A stretch of DNA of 54,078 bases, filler included, from Jimgerdemannia flammicorona (taxonomy: Eukaryota): NCBI GenBank assembly GCA_003990765.1. It is 2 parts of 2 records of this genome, joined end to end, with 100 filler letters (N's around TTAATTAATTAA, not from the genome) between each part and the next. Parts side by side here need not be neighbours in the genome. Positions count along the whole stretch, not along the records: positions 1 to 26,991 come from RBNJ01000672.1; 1 more part is not named here. One strand, 5' to 3'. Position 1 is the first letter of the stretch. Every line of letters starts with the position of its first letter. The notes below the pieces were generated by a model. That model saw nothing but the letters and a program-made list of their open reading frames with translations. It made no database searches and was not told the DNA's origin. Made by a program: the position numbers and the translations under genes. Positions 12,979-27,091 of this stretch are shown here, piece after piece.

Positions 12979-15900
12979 TGTTATATATATTCTTATAAGA
13001 GAAGGAGGTGATTTTATTCATAAAATATATAGCAAAAATTTACATATTACTGATGGATGGCAGATGATATAAGACTGATGAAAGAAATGTTGGTATAGAA
13101 AGGTCATATAGATACATGTTGAGTTGTTATCTCAATACTCCCACTCAATAAGATATGTATGTAAATCAAAAAATAATACAAAATGTACTCAAAAAAAAGA
13201 GAATTGTAACTTGCAATAAAATGCAAACTAGAAATCCTATATTTAAGGAATTTTCGCAAGTCAAAAAGTATTCTGAAATATCCATAATACTCACAAAAAA
13301 TGCAATGTATGTAATCCACTCATAGATGAGGAATATAACTGATGCAGATGTAAAATATATATGTGGTATGAGGCTTTTGAGAGTCTGAAAAGTCCCATGA
13401 TTACCTGCTCTTAAGACCCATTTCTTCAATACATAGCTCGAACTTCAGCTTTGGAAGGGCTTTGGTGAGTGAATCTGCAATCATATTCTCTATTGGGGTG
13501 TACTCTAAGCATATAGTTTCACACTCGATACATTCCTGAATGAAATGCTGGAGTATATCAATATGTTTCATTCTATTGTTATGTACAAGATTCTTTGCAA
13601 GTAGTATTTTCAATTGGTTGTCTTGCCAAATGAGCATAGGGTTCTGTTCTTGAGTGAATCCTAACTCCTTTAGCAGTTTGCAGAGCCAAATGACCTCTTT
13701 TGTTGTACTTGACAACATCTGATACTCTGCTTGTGTCAATGAGATTGCCATAGAACTCTGCTTATATATTTTCCATGAGATGGCAGATCCTTGGTCACCA
13801 ATGTAGAAGAGATAACCAGTCATAATTCAGTGGTTATCTAAATCACCTGCCTAATTGGTGTCACTTGTGCCAGATAACTAGATACCATTATTTTTGCCAT
13901 TACTTCCACTCAATCCAATGTCACCACCCAATGTGAGCATAGTATATACTGATCACTTTAAATACCTGAAAATCCTCTTGATCACCAACCAGTGTGAGTT
14001 GTCATAGCATAAGCAATATTGTGCCACTTTATTGATAGTGAAGGATATGTCAGGCCTTGTTCCAAGCATTAAATATGAGGGAACTGACAGCTTGTCTGTA
14101 GGGAATGTTGGTGTTATTGGTAGGTATAATGTGGTCATCCTTGTGCATATTGTTGTCAGACTTCCTTAACTTCACAGAAGTATTCATTGGAGTCCTAATG
14201 GGCTTACAATTGCTCATATTGAAATATTTGAGGATTGCTTGAGCATATGTTACTTGCAAGAAGTGTATGGCATACATATTTCTGTCACATATAATTGATA
14301 TTCTCAAAAGAAAGGATACATCACCCATATCTATTATTTTAAACTCTCAGTATAGAGTTTCCTTTACTCTATTAAGCCAATTTTTGCTGGTAATGATAAT
14401 TATATCATCAACCCAAATGCCAATGAAAACTATACCATCATCATAGTATTGGATGTATATGTAATTATCTGCTTCACAGCACATGAATCTATCATTAAAG
14501 AGATGCTTATCCATCCTTTTATTTCACAATTACACCACTTGCTTGATACCATATAATCTCTTATGGAGTTTATATATGAGTTCATCATTCTGATCATTTT
14601 CATAGCCTTGTGGTTGACAGATGTATAGTTCAGTGTCTATATCACCATTCAGAAATGCTGTCTTTATATCTATTTGATGGATTTCAAGATCATATAGTGT
14701 GCCAATCACAAGGAGTATTCTAAGTGATGTAAGCTTGAACACCAGTAAGAATGTTTCATCATAATCTATGCTGTAATTCTATGAATAATCCTTAGCAATA
14801 AAGCATGCTTTGTATCACTCTACACTTCTATCACTCTTACACTTGATCCTATACACCCAGTGTGATCCTATTGCCTGTTAATTGGCTGGAAGGAGTACCA
14901 AATCCTAGATACCATTCTCAATGAGTGAATCATATTCCTCATCCATTGTATATTACCATTTCATACTATTTGGTCTGGCTATAGCTTCATCATATATGTT
15001 TGGCTTATCAGATATTACCATATACACACATTCATATATATTGGCATAGCTCATATGATCCTTATATTGCCATTGAGAACTTGTTAGTATATCTCAGTAA
15101 TCTCCTAAGTCAGAATGGATTATATTTCTGGACTTATGCTTTGGCTTTTACTTGCCTCTAGTGGTGAATTCCTCATTGTTACTGGATTTTTCATCATCCT
15201 CATCTTTGATTTTGGTTATTCTTGGCTCAGGTGACTCTGGTATATATAGCAGTTGAAAATAATTTTGGTTCACCACTGGAGAGGTTGGTACTAGTTATTG
15301 CTATCCTGTAGATAATGATGACAGTCTGGAAGATGTAGAACTCCCTGATGGTGAATATTGTGCTGACTGCAGTTATCAGTGAAAATGATTTTTGATCAGT
15401 ATTTCCACATGGATCACTTGATCTCAATCTCTTTTGAATTTCTTAAATTGCACATTATGAACTATATGCCGCTTGGATGGATTCTAAAGTCTGTAAGCAT
15501 TGCTGTTTTCACTGTACCCAAGGAATATGTGCTTGCTGGCTTTTGGCTCAAACTTGTACCAATTGGCATTGCTTTTGTTGAGGACATATGCTTCACAGCT
15601 GAATATGCATAGATGAGATACATCTGACTTTGTTACACTCTATAATTCCTCAGGAGTAAGATCCCTATCATTCTTCTTATTGCTGGAATCTTTACTTAGT
15701 GCTTGAGAAATGTATCAATTACATATATATGCCACTGTGTTCACCACTTCAGCCCAATAGAAATATCCTAATTCAGCAGCATTAATCATCATATGTGCCA
15801 TCTTTACTATCATTTAATTGAATCATTCAGCCATGCCATTCTGCTGAGGCATATAGGGTGCTGTCATTTGATAGAGTATGCTATGTTTTTTCAGGAACTG

Positions 15901-18153
15901 TCTAAATGGACCATTGACATATTCTAATCTATTATCTGAGTATATAGTATATATTCTACATCCTATCTCATTCTCAGCAATTGCTTTGAATTCTGTGAAT
16001 ATTTCTAATACTTTGCTCTTTACTGATAAGAAATATATATATATATGCCTTGCAAGTATAGCTGTTAATACATATGATAAAATACTTCTTTCTAGAGTGT
16101 GATGACATATATATCAGCCTACATATATCTGTATGCATGAGATCAAGAATCTCTAAGATGTACTTCAATCATTCCTTGAATGGATACTGGGAAGCTTTAT
16201 TTACTATACAATCATCACAAAAGAAATTATCTCCAGGGTGTACATTCAGCAACAATCTGCTGATAGATCCATTCCTCATCATACATTTGAGACTCATCAT
16301 ACTAATATGTACTAAGTATTGATGCCAAACATTAGTATCAGATATAGTTGTAGTTGTATATATAGAGACTTTTACTGTACTATTTCTGTTTGGCATGCCA
16401 TTGATCATATATAAATTGCCTCATTTCAAGGCTATCATTAACTCCTTCACATTATTTCTGCTATGCAAATCATATATGGTTGCACCTTTGGGATATATAT
16501 AAATTTTCTTATCACCATGAGCCATCATCTTGCCTATAGAGAAGAGGTCCTTTCCTATCTTCGGAGTGTATAGTATGTCTATAAGAGTTATGATAGGCTC
16601 TGCAACATTCCCATAGAGATATATGCTGACATTTCCTTTTCTCTGAGCATATATAATATTGTTGTTGCCTAATTTGATTGGCACCAGGTGCTTGATGGGT
16701 TTATACATTGAAAACTACTCCTGGTGGACTATCATATGTTATATGGCACCAGAATCCATTAGCCAAACATCATTTTCATCAGCAGTATTGGTATATTTGC
16801 TGCTTATACTATTGATGTCACCACTTTTTGCAATGTTAAAAGTATGTAGCTGATGAGTTGTAGATGTCGAGTTATTGGCAGTAGTAGTAGAACTGTTATC
16901 TACATATGTTGCTTGAGCAAAGAAAAGACCACCATTATTATCTGTTTTAGTAGTTTTCACATGACCTTGCTGGCTTTTGCCATGATAGTTTCTGTACCAC
17001 TGGCTCTTTTTATACTTATTTTCACTACTCTCCTTATTCTTATAATAGCAATCACTTTGCTTATATCCATACTTCTTACAGTAATGGCAATAGCTGTCAA
17101 ACTTAGCTGGACTGCTTAGATTTTGGGTTTGGATTTATCCCATTTGCTCTTATTGTTGCTGGCCTCATTGATAATAATGGCTTTGGCCTCATTTGCCACT
17201 GTATTCTTGGAAACCATAGAATACCCTTTCATCATCATTGTCATTGAGACTATTCTGGCACATCTCTTCATTCATAAGGCTCATTATCACATGGGCATAA
17301 TCCATAAGTCTGTTGTTCTTATACATGGCTGCAACAATCATGATATATCATTTGAGAAGGCCTCTTACAAGTACCAGAACCTTATCTTTGTTGCAGATAA
17401 CTTCAGCCTGATTCATAGTGAGCAATTTCACCTGATTCACTAGATTGTCAATGTGATCAGCATATTCATGGATACTTTCCTTTTTGGACTTTATTTGTAG
17501 ATTGAATAACTGAGTTTTTAGGTGAAATCAATTTGATGCAGATACTTGCATATGATGATTATGTACATTTTCCTACATATTGTTCACTGTAGTAGTATAT
17601 TATAAGCTTTGCTTGCAAGTTTGCAAGTGTGAATGCAATCTCTCTTAATATAAGGCAATCGTTTGCAGTATTGTAATCTTCAATTTGCCACTACAGCTTC
17701 ATATACTCCACCAAGCTACATTCATTGAGGAGATTCATCATATGGAATGCTCAAATGGTGTAATCTTTCCTATTGAAGATTGGGATAGACCTCTTGGCTG
17801 TGTTTATACTTCTAATCAGAACTATGTTTCCTGTACCTGTGGTTACAATGAGGACTGTTTCCATTGCTGGAGTACTCATTATTAGCACACCCATGTTGCT
17901 TGACTGATCTTTGCTCATTTTTTGAGTGTAGTATATATTTAAAAATGTGTTTTTATTATAGCCACTTTAGCAGGACTCATAACCTTTATTGTATATATTC
18001 ATATATATCCTCATAAGAGGAAGAGGTAATTTTATTGATAAAATATATAGTATGAATTTACATATTACTGATAGATGGTGGATGATATAAGACTAATGAA
18101 AGAAACATTGGCATAGAGAGGTCATATGGATACATATTGAGTTTATCTCAACA
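12979..18153 (-). mobile_element. Ty1/Copia LTR retrotransposon, decayed
   Basis: LTRs of about 160 bp (12979-13137, ~17985-18153), TSD AAACT/GAACT, PBS GGTTATGAGTC, PPT GAGTGGGAG; WLMDSGA protease, integrase, QIDIKTAFLNG and WVDD RT, KHIDI/ADSLTKAL RNase H. Confidence 0.95.
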
Positions 18154-20654
18154 GAACTATTGTGAATAGAGAAAATGAGAATAAACAACAGTTTGGAACA
18201 GAGAAAGAGAAATAGAAAGGTCTAAGAAGCGAATACTGGTTATATTATATACCCATAAAATAGAATGATAGAGAGGGTAGATGTTCTAAAACACACTAGG
18301 AATATCAATATCCGTAATAGCAAGAACAATAAAGTCATCAATATAGTAGCAAAAGAAGATATCTCTAGTCTGGAATGTGATGGAAAGAGGTGAAGAAGGA
18401 TCACATATCACATAAAGTTCATGGGCTAGGTCAATAAGGTTGACAAGGATGGGGGCACAATTTATACCTATACAATATCAGAAGTTTGATAAAAGGAGCT
18501 AAGGACTGACTTGAAATAATTAGAGATACTGATGGAGTGTAAGCTTAATGATAGAAGTCAATGAAACTGGGAAATCCAAAGGAAAAACAATGGAGCCAAG
18601 AAAGTGAAGACAATTATCAATCTCATCAAAATGAATAGCAGTATAGAAGGAGGAGAAGTCACCAGAGACCAAATGAGAGAAGTTATGAACAGACACAATG
18701 ATGGAACAAAGAAGAGCAAGCTCCTGAGTATCATGAAGAATAGTGTACTCAGACCCAAGATGGTGTTGAAGAAGAGATATCTAAGAGAGGAAGAAGTGGG
18801 ATAACTACTTCAAAATTTCAGTAGTAGGTGAACTTAAAGTAGCTGTAATGGGACATCAAGTCAAAGTAGGCTTGTGAACTTTGGAAAGAGCATAGAAAAC
18901 TGGAAGGTGAATGTCTGGAGAGGATAAAGAGTCCTGGAAGAAGTTAAAGATAGGGTTCATAAAAGGGAAATCTGAAAGCAATCTGGCATGAGCTAGAGAA
19001 ACCTGAAGGAGAGTGAGAACCTCATCCAATCCAAGGGTATTAGGCTTGTGGGCCACAGCTCAAAGGAGGGCATAAAGGCCATCAAGGTAGAGTGACTTAG
19101 GAATAAGTGCAAAACTCTGGTTATTATCAATAACTATAAGCAAATGCAAGAGCAGTTACTTGACTAATTTAAGTGTAGTATACATAGCATGGTCCAAAAC
19201 TAAGCAAGGGCAAGCCTGTCCAGGAATTAACAGCAAGCAAGCTATGTCAAGGAATATACAGTGTGTAGAGATATTGAGAGAGGGGACCCAATTACTGGAA
19301 ACATAATAGTGAGAGAGCATCTCACTACAATTCTCAAAGAAGATGACAAGATCAAGAGTACAATGAAAATGTGTAAGACAAGTTAGATCAGTGAAGGAGA
19401 ATTGAGAAGGAGTCATAGGAAAAATAAAGTAAAGACCTAAGAATAAGGCAAAGACTTGAAAGGAAGAAAGAAAGCAGTTAGCTAAAGAAAAAGAAGGAGA
19501 CAGAAGAGCTTTAGAAGAAGAATAAACCCAAAAATTCAAGATGAGCAACTGGGAAAGATGAAGGGGGGACAGTATGAGGAATCACTCAGAGTATACCAGA
19601 AGTGACAACAGAATCCAAGACAGGATGGGGACACTGGGGGAGAACTACACTGGGGGGAAGTTTAAGAGAAGGAGGTCTTCTCTTTCTCTCAGACTTTTTT
19701 TGAAGGAGGAGAGGCAGATGATCTCAAGCAAACTCCATCAGATTATCAGACCTTATAGCTACAAGCTTTTGCGCAGCCCTTGCATTCAGGGGCATAGGGG
19801 GAGGGTGAGGTAGAGGAACCAGCAGAGAAGATAGAGAGGAAGTGAGTAGCCAAAGGAGCCAGTAGATGAGGAATACCACTATGGGGGTAAACTGATTTGA
19901 CTGGGTACCAGTAGGTATAGTGAAGGTGGCCAGAGTAGATGGTACATAGCCAAGCCCCAATGAGATAAGAACAAAGTGTGTGGCTATGCTTAGGGATAGG
20001 GAGAATAGAGGAGGAGACCTTTGTAGGGGAGAGCAACTAAGAGGAGGCCAATGAAGCCTTGCTCAGCTTGGTGGAGGCCTTGGTGATAGTGGCAGCAAAG
20101 GAATGAACCTCAGCATGAGCAATGAAAGAGATACCAGCAAGGAGGAAATGATGAACAGCATCAATGTCAGTGGCAGCAGAAGGAACATTTTGGATAACTA
20201 AGCCACAGAAAGGAGAAGTATCCAGAAGGCAAGAGGAGGTGAGGGCCACAAAGAAGGTATAAGTATATTGGAAAGAGATAGAGGCAGTAGTGGTAGTTGT
20301 AGTAGTGGCATCAGTGGTAGCAATCTTGGCAGCAATGGTAGTGGTACAAATTTCCTCAGAGAGAACTTGATGGCAAGTCTCAGAGAGAACAGAGTGGACA
20401 GAGTGATGATGTCAATGTCTCAGCAGAGATGAAACTCCTTAGCAAAGAGGGCAAGAACTGACCAGAACTGAGAGAGGAGCAGGCAATCAGAAGGATTAAG
20501 GTCTAGAGGATGGGAGAGATTGGCAGATGAGATATATATCTCAAATGAGACTATGGTAGAAACAAAAGTGGGGGGAGGGGGAGGAGGCAGAACCTCATCT
20601 ATAATCTTATCAACAGAGATAGAGGCCCTGAGGGCAGGTAGAATAGCAGTGGAG

Positions 20655-20940
20655 GAAGAAGGCCCAGCAGGAGCCAGGGGACAAAACCCAGAGCCATGGT
20701 CCAAATGAATGGAAGATATGTAGAAGAGTGTTTATAAGGGGGACAAACAAAGAATATAACCAAAAATGCATCAGCCATTTAATGTAATGCAAAAGTAGAG
20801 AAAGAAGGCCCAGTGGGAGCCAGGAAAACAAACCTAGAGCTGTGGTCAAAATGAATGGAAGTTATATAGAAGAGCATATATAAGGGAGACAAATAAAAAA
20901 TATAACCAAAAATGCATCAGCTATTTATTGTCATACAAAA
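20655..20940. repeat. Tandem ~148-bp duplication in the PLE terminal repeat
   Basis: AAGAAGGCCCAG..GGAGCCAGG...AACCAAAAATGCATCAGC occurs twice in tandem, with a third copy at about 11985-12115. Confidence 0.8.
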
Positions 20941-21216
20941 GCATGGTCTTTATATATAAAATATGATATCCCAAAAGGGAGGATACACTACAACTCAGGG
21001 CAAACCAAATTAGGAACCATATGACCACTAGAGATAAGCAGAGATAAAGAGTAAACTAATCCCAGTTATGGGATAAAAATCACAAACAAACACAAATAAA
21101 ACAAATTTAAATTGAGATTAAAAAACATCTTTGCCCCCATCTTTCTCTGGTACCATTCAGGTACAACCTTTGGAAGGTACTTACAACATTGTTTTTAGAG
21201 AAAAGAGACTAACAAT

Positions 21217-23243
21217 ATGGCAACCGACAGGCAATCTGAGGTGTGTACTAGGCAGGGTGGCCCAAGCGCTTTTGAATGGCAGCAGGTGGGGAGGGGCCCA
21301 GGCCTGGGGGGGGGCATGAGGGGGCTGCTGGTGGGAGGACATGGAAGAAGTAGAGGTATTGGTGGCGGACAAGGATCTGGGAGAGCAAGCTTTGTGGAGA
21401 TGGTGAAGAGGAGGCAGCAGGCATAGGGCTGGAGGGCTGGCTGAGGAGGGGCAAGGAGACCAAGAAGGCAGTAGCATATAGGGGAGTAGCCCTTGGAAAG
21501 GGGAGCATTGGAGCTGGGGGAGTAGCAGCTGGGGGAGTGTGACTGCTGATGGCGACAGGACTGCTAATCAGGAAAAAAATCCAGATATGATAGCTGTTGG
21601 CGAGGCTGAGCAGCTGAGGCTTGGAAGACAAGGAGATTTGGCGGATGGCATGATGGGCCTGATGGTGGCCCCATTACTCAAAAAATCAATCTTGGCATTC
21701 GTAGTTACACTGTGCTTCCGGGGCTTAGCGGTGACAGTGAAAATGGTGCTGGGGCTTATCGCTAAGCAGGTGGCAGAAGCCGCATCAGTGAAGTTTTTGA
21801 AGGGACTAGATGGTGTGGAGGTGGGTTTTGAGGAGGCTGAGCCACTGGAGGAGGTATTGAAGGTTGGGTTGGTGGTTGGGGAGGTGTGTGTTCCGATGGC
21901 GAGGTGTCTGAAATGGGATCCAAGGGTGGTCCAACTGCTGGTGAAAGGAGTGCCCATGGTGATGGTGATGGAGATGAGAAAGAGAGTTGAGGATGTCATG
22001 GCAGAGTATGGAGAGGTGGTGGATATCGGATTCAGGGTCTGGGAAGGGACCTCGCTCAGGACTGAGGACATGGATGTGAGGATTCATTCAGCTGGCTGGG
22101 AAAGAAGCTACTGGGAAGACAAGGAACTGGCCTGTGGTGATGGTCTGGGGAGTGATCTTGTGCAAGGTGATGAGGGTGAAAGGAAGTGAAGAGGAGGTAG
22201 AGAATTTATTAGAAGCACTGGAAGAATTGGATGGTACTGTGGAGTGGCAAGCAATGGCTTGGAAGGCTCTCGTAGAGTTGACGCACCTGGAGGTAGTGGA
22301 TGGAAAGAGGATTCAAGTGGACAAGGTGTAGTGGGAAAGGGCTCAGGGGCATAAGAGACAGAAGGATCTGCTGGCTAAACTGGGGAGCAGACCACAGGAG
22401 GATGTGAGCAAGATGACAGGTGTGGAAGGGGCCAAAGTGAGTGTCTGGGCTGGTGAGAGGAGTGGGAATGCTGGGGAGGAGACAGGGAAGGCGAAGGAGG
22501 TGAAGATTATTGACCCATACACTGATGGCACCTTGGAGGTTTGGGAAGAGGTCTGGGAGGATTCCCCCACTCCTTCTCCTCTTATCAGGCAAGGCCCAGC
22601 TTCCAGAAACAAAATGGCAGAGGACGTGATAATGCTGGGGACCCATCAGGTGAAATTCAGCATTCCAGAGGTGATGAATGGGGGACATATAGTGTCAGCC
22701 AGGGAGGAGGAACTGGTGGATGTCCTGAAGGTATGGGATGAGGCTGTGAGTGCTGGAGCTGACACCACAATGCTGGATGGAGGGAGGCCGGTGACCCCTG
22801 GAGGGAAGGAGATGGGCAACCTACTTTGGATGTGCAGGATGATGAACAACCTGGCAGCAGAAGAGTTGGGAGAGGTGGACTTGTGAGTGATGGGTGATGA
22901 GCACTAGATGCAGATTTTGCAGGGAGATGGAGTGATGATGGCACTGAAGGCAGAAATTCTCATGGTGTATCTGGAGGAGAAAGGGTATGAGGTGGACAAG
23001 GAGCAGGAGGTGGAGATGGTGGTTGTCACTGGGGAGAGGGCTGAGTACTGTTGGAACAAGCATCATAGATTGCAGCTTTGGCAGGAGGCTTGCATTGAGT
23101 ACCAGAAGGAATTTGAGGATAAGGCAGATAGGGAGATGAATGAGCTGTTGGCTGGATTGGAGGCTCAGAGGACTGAAGCGGAGGAGGTAATTGCAGAACA
23201 TAATCTTGACATGGCACAGGAGGAGATGAGTATGGAGCAGTAG
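21217..23243 (+). pseudogene. LINE copy 1 ORF1
   Basis: ATG 21217, fragments 21539/22404/22908 shared with copy 2; acidic helical C-terminus. Confidence 0.7.
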
Positions 23244-23273
23244 AGATCGACTGATAACAAATCGTATTTCATT

Positions 23274-26200
23274 ATGAACAGTACAACTAAAATTTTTTCT
23301 TTGAACATGAATGGGCTATGGGGTGCTGTTAGATGTAGGAACATTTTTATTTGACTGAAGGGATTGGAGGCTGATCTCTTCCTCTTGTAGGATGTCAGGT
23401 GTGAGGATGACTCTGATAGGATGGAATGGACAAAGGGATGGTGTGGCATGGTGATTTGGAATGGCAAGATTGGGATTCTGGTTCGGAAAGGCAGAGGGGA
23501 GATAAGAGATGTGAGGAGCTGGGGAGAGAGGCTGGTCTGAGGTGAATGGATTCATGCAGGCTGGGAGCCAGTTACAGTTGGCTCTTGTTACTGTCCTGCC
23601 ATAAGGGGGGAGTGTATAGATTGAGTGAAGGGTCTCTAGGAGAGTGGGATCCTGGCAGAGGCTGGTGTGGATATGCTTGAGGGAGATTTCAATATGGTTT
23701 GGGATATACAGATGGATAGAACTGATGGCAGCTGGGGTGCTGAGAGCAGGAGTGGGGGGCTGGTGATGTGGGAGGAAGTCGAAAGACTGGGAGCACTGGT
23801 AGATACTGGTAGGGAGTACTGGGGGGATAGGAGGGTATATATGCATTGGGCTGGAGGCCTGGGGACAAGGATTGACTGGATACTGATGGCCAACTATTGG
23901 GGCCAAGATGTTTGGAAGTCACTGGAGGTGGAATGGTGTCCATAGTCGGATCACTGGGGCCTTTTGGGACAGGGGTGCTTTGGGGGAAGTGGGGATGGGC
24001 CTGGACATTGGTGCCTAAATCCCTCCTTGTTAGATGATGAGTCCCAGTGGGAGGAGTCCCAGTGGGAGGAGTGGACTAAAGACATTCAGCTGAGGGTGGA
24101 GACCTGGTGGCAGGAAGGTGCCTCAATTGGGGTTCGGTGGATGAGGTTGAAAGAGATGGCCAGGATGTACTGGAGTGAGGCTGGTAAGGAGGCAGGGAAG
24201 TAGTGAAGGCAGAGAGTGCATTAGACTTCTACTAGATTGGTCAGGCTTCTGGAGGAGTGGGCAAGACTGGCAATGGTGGAGGGAGAAGAAGATTGGAGAG
24301 TAATGAGGGTGAAGATGGAGGTTGGGGAACTACAACAGGTGCTACGGGAAGAGGAAGAGGCAAGGGTGCAAAGCTTGGTGGCATGGCTTCGTTGGCAGGG
24401 GCTGGAGGAAGGGGAGAGGCCTTCCAAGTTTCTCATGAGGACCCTTAGGGCAAGAAGGGTACAGCAACGGTGGGAAGGGGTGCTTGACTCAGATGGTGTA
24501 CTAGTACATGGTGTACAGGATATTCTTGGATCACTGAAGGAGTGATGGAGTGGATTGTGGAGTGAGGAGGAGGGTGGGGCAGATGCTACTGCCGTTGACC
24601 AAACATTGGAGGATTGGTACCCACCATAAGTTGTGGGACTAGGTGACCTGGTGATGCCTGTAAAGGAGGATGAGATCCACCAGGTTCTTGCCATGATAAT
24701 CTCAGGCACAGCGCCTGGGGAGGATGGCCTACCCTGGGACTTCTGGAAGCGAATGGTTGGGGTCCCAGGTGTGATGGGAGAGTTGATGGCTTTGTGAGAC
24801 TCTATATTGCAGACAGGGAGATGGGTGGGGGAGCAGGATCTTGGGCTGGTGATGCTGCTCTATAAGAACAAAGGAAGGAGAGAGGATTGGAAGAACTGGT
24901 GGCCGATAATGTTACTAGATATGGACAGAAAGTTGGTGACTAAGGTGGTGGTCATGAGGCTACAGAAGGTAGCCCAGCAAGTTGTCAGTTTTGAGCAGAG
25001 GGGATCTGTAGGTGGTTGGCTCATTAGAGATGGCACAGCCTGGATACATGGAGTTATTGAAGGGGCTAGAGCCTGTGGACTAGATGGGTGTCTAGTCTTC
25101 TTGGACCAGGAGAAGGCTTATGGCCAGGTGCGATGAGTCTGGCTGGCAAAAGTATTGGATAGAATGGGGGTTCCAATCCAATTTGGATCAGCAATGATCA
25201 ACCTACTGGAAGGGAGTAGGGCTGCACTGTAACATTTCCTCTGGGTAGGGGGGTGCCCCAGGGGGACCCACTGTCCCCCATCTTGTATGCTCTTTCCGTG
25301 GAACCCCTAATGGACAGAATTAGGTGGAGGATAGTGGGGCTCTCTATCTATGGCATTGGGTGGAAAGTTGGGGCCTTTGCAGATGACATGGTGGTTGGTT
25401 TGGGATCGATTGCTGATGTTGAGGAGCTCAAGAAAACAGTGGAGTGGTATGAGGAGAACTCTGGGGCAAAGCTGAATTGGCACAAGTATGAAACAATGGT
25501 GCTAGGCAATAGCCTGGTGAGAGGAGAAGTTATAGGAACAATTGTCCCCACCAGTGAGGCAGTGCAGTACTTCGGCATCTATTTGTCAGTCTATGGGTCA
25601 GTTCTGCCCAGGCTTTGGTGGGAGCAGTGAATTGGAATTTGGGAGGAGGACCTGCGGGGTTGGGGGGGAAGACACTTTTCTCTGGCAGGATGGGTCTCAA
25701 TTTTGAATGTATATTGGCTGCTGAAGCTGTGGTATTTGACTTATCATCTGGACTTCCCAGCCTGAGTGGTGAAGAGATTGGTGAAGGTGGCCAAGGGATG
25801 AATTTGGGCTGGCAGATGGAGCCAGATTGGTTGGGAGACCTTGTCCCTACCAGTGGTGAGAGGTGGTCTTGGGCTGATGGACTTTCCCAAATGACTACAC
25901 TGCTTGGGGGCCTGGTGGCTTAAGAGGGTGGTGGAGTTGCAAGGACAGGGTTGGGTTCCCCTGCTGCAGAAGGTCTGGGAGAGGCAGTCATCACTGAGAG
26001 GCTCAACTGGTGATCTTCTCTCATTGGTTGGACTTCAGAATACTGCACAATTGCGATATAAAGGTTTCTGGTAGGAGATAGTAGAGGGGGCACACCACAT
26101 TGGTATTTGCTGGCAGAGGAATAAGGGGGAGGAGGCTTTAGACCCAGCAATGTAGAGATGGGATGGCATACTGCTGGGTGGCATGCCTTTACTTGAGTTT

Positions 26201-26923
26201 GATTTTGGTGATGGAATAGAATGCCAAAGGGGACCAGGCCAGGATCTGTGGCCTAGTGGTTGGCAAGGAGTTGGTATTGGAGAAGAGTAGGACTGGCATG
26301 GTGTTTGGATCTGAAGTGCCACAGTATGTAAATTGATGCCACCAAAGTACTGGGTGGTCTGGTGGTGTATGATGAGGAGGAATGTAATGCTCAACTTCTG
26401 CTCAGGGTACCTTATCATAGGGGGTTGCTTTGACTGTGAGGAGTGCCATAATGTAGGGCAGGAAGGGGGCTTTGTACAGATACCAGAACATTGGCTAGGA
26501 GAGTGCAAGGTGTTGGGAGACTTTTGGAGGGTCATCAGGGACTACTTGGGAGTGAGGCATAGGAGAGATGAAGTATGGGGGAGGTGGGAGGACTTGAGGG
26601 ATCGGTTGGTAGGAGGGGTAGGAAAAGAGTGGATTATCTTAGGTTGGGCATTGGCTATTTGGATTGGGCTGGCCGGGTACTGGCTATTTGTTTTTGAGGA
26701 TAGGAGGCAACAGAGCTTGGAGAGCTGGATGTCATGGTGGCAGAGACTTATGGAAGATACCTTGACAGGCTGGTGGCTTGGTTGGGGGCTGCAGGGGGGT
26801 CAGAGGCACTGCTTGGTGGAGAAAATCTGTGGACAGAGCGGTGGGAGAGTGGGAGTCATTGGTGAGAGGGTGATCTTTATTCGTAAAGGAGTGGAGAGGG
26901 GCTCTCCTATGGGGATCAGATAG
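23274..26923 (+). pseudogene. LINE copy 1 ORF2: AP endonuclease, RT, C-terminal Cys/His finger
   Basis: SLNMNGL, GDFN, TRIDWIL, SDH; APGEDGLP, LDQEKAY, PQGDPLSPILY, FADD; CFDC...EHWLGEC. Confidence 0.92.
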
Positions 26924-26991
26924 TAGATGGTGATATTGTATACTTATTCATAGACTGGTAATAAAGACAGAGTCCAAGTAACTTTAAAAAA

Positions 26992-27091
26992 NNNNNNNNN
27001 NNNNNNNNNNNNNNNNNNNNNNNNNNNNNNNNNNNTTAATTAATTAANNNNNNNNNNNNNNNNNNNNNNNNNNNNNNNNNNNNNNNNNNNN
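26992..27091. other. Assembly gap with six-frame stop linker
   Basis: N-run with TTAATTAATTAA at 27036-27047. Confidence 0.97.

Larger units (their letters stand above)
11972..21137 (-). mobile_element. Penelope-like retroelement (PLE), decayed, split by the Copia insertion; terminal direct repeats
   Basis: Minus-strand motifs PVFYALSKVHKPTLT*CPITATLSSPT, LVSGDFSSFYTAI, NCAPILVNL, YYIDD, FLDL, then across the Copia FHFNHP...CS...YA*P thumb; 11980-12310 repeats 20795-21130. Confidence 0.8.
21138..26991 (+). mobile_element. Non-LTR retrotransposon (L1/Tx1-like LINE), full-length copy 1
   Basis: ORF1, ORF2 (APE-RT-Cys finger), AATAAA and A-tail running into the gap; same 5' end (CATCTTTCTCT) as copy 2. 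Confidence 0.92.

Noticed and set aside
20760..20930. Hammerhead ribozyme in the PLE terminal repeats (CTGATG on the minus strand)
   Set aside because: Core reads CTGATGC, and I found no suitably placed GAAA or stems; would need a covariance-model search on a consensus.
21181..26535. Many Ser/Pro/Leu-rich minus-strand ORFs across the LINE
   Set aside because: Antisense shadows of the G-rich coding strand; not independent genes.
27036..27047. Palindromic TTAATTAATTAA inside the N-run
   Set aside because: Artificial six-frame stop linker of the scaffolding; also means adjacency of the LINE and hAT across the gap is unverified.
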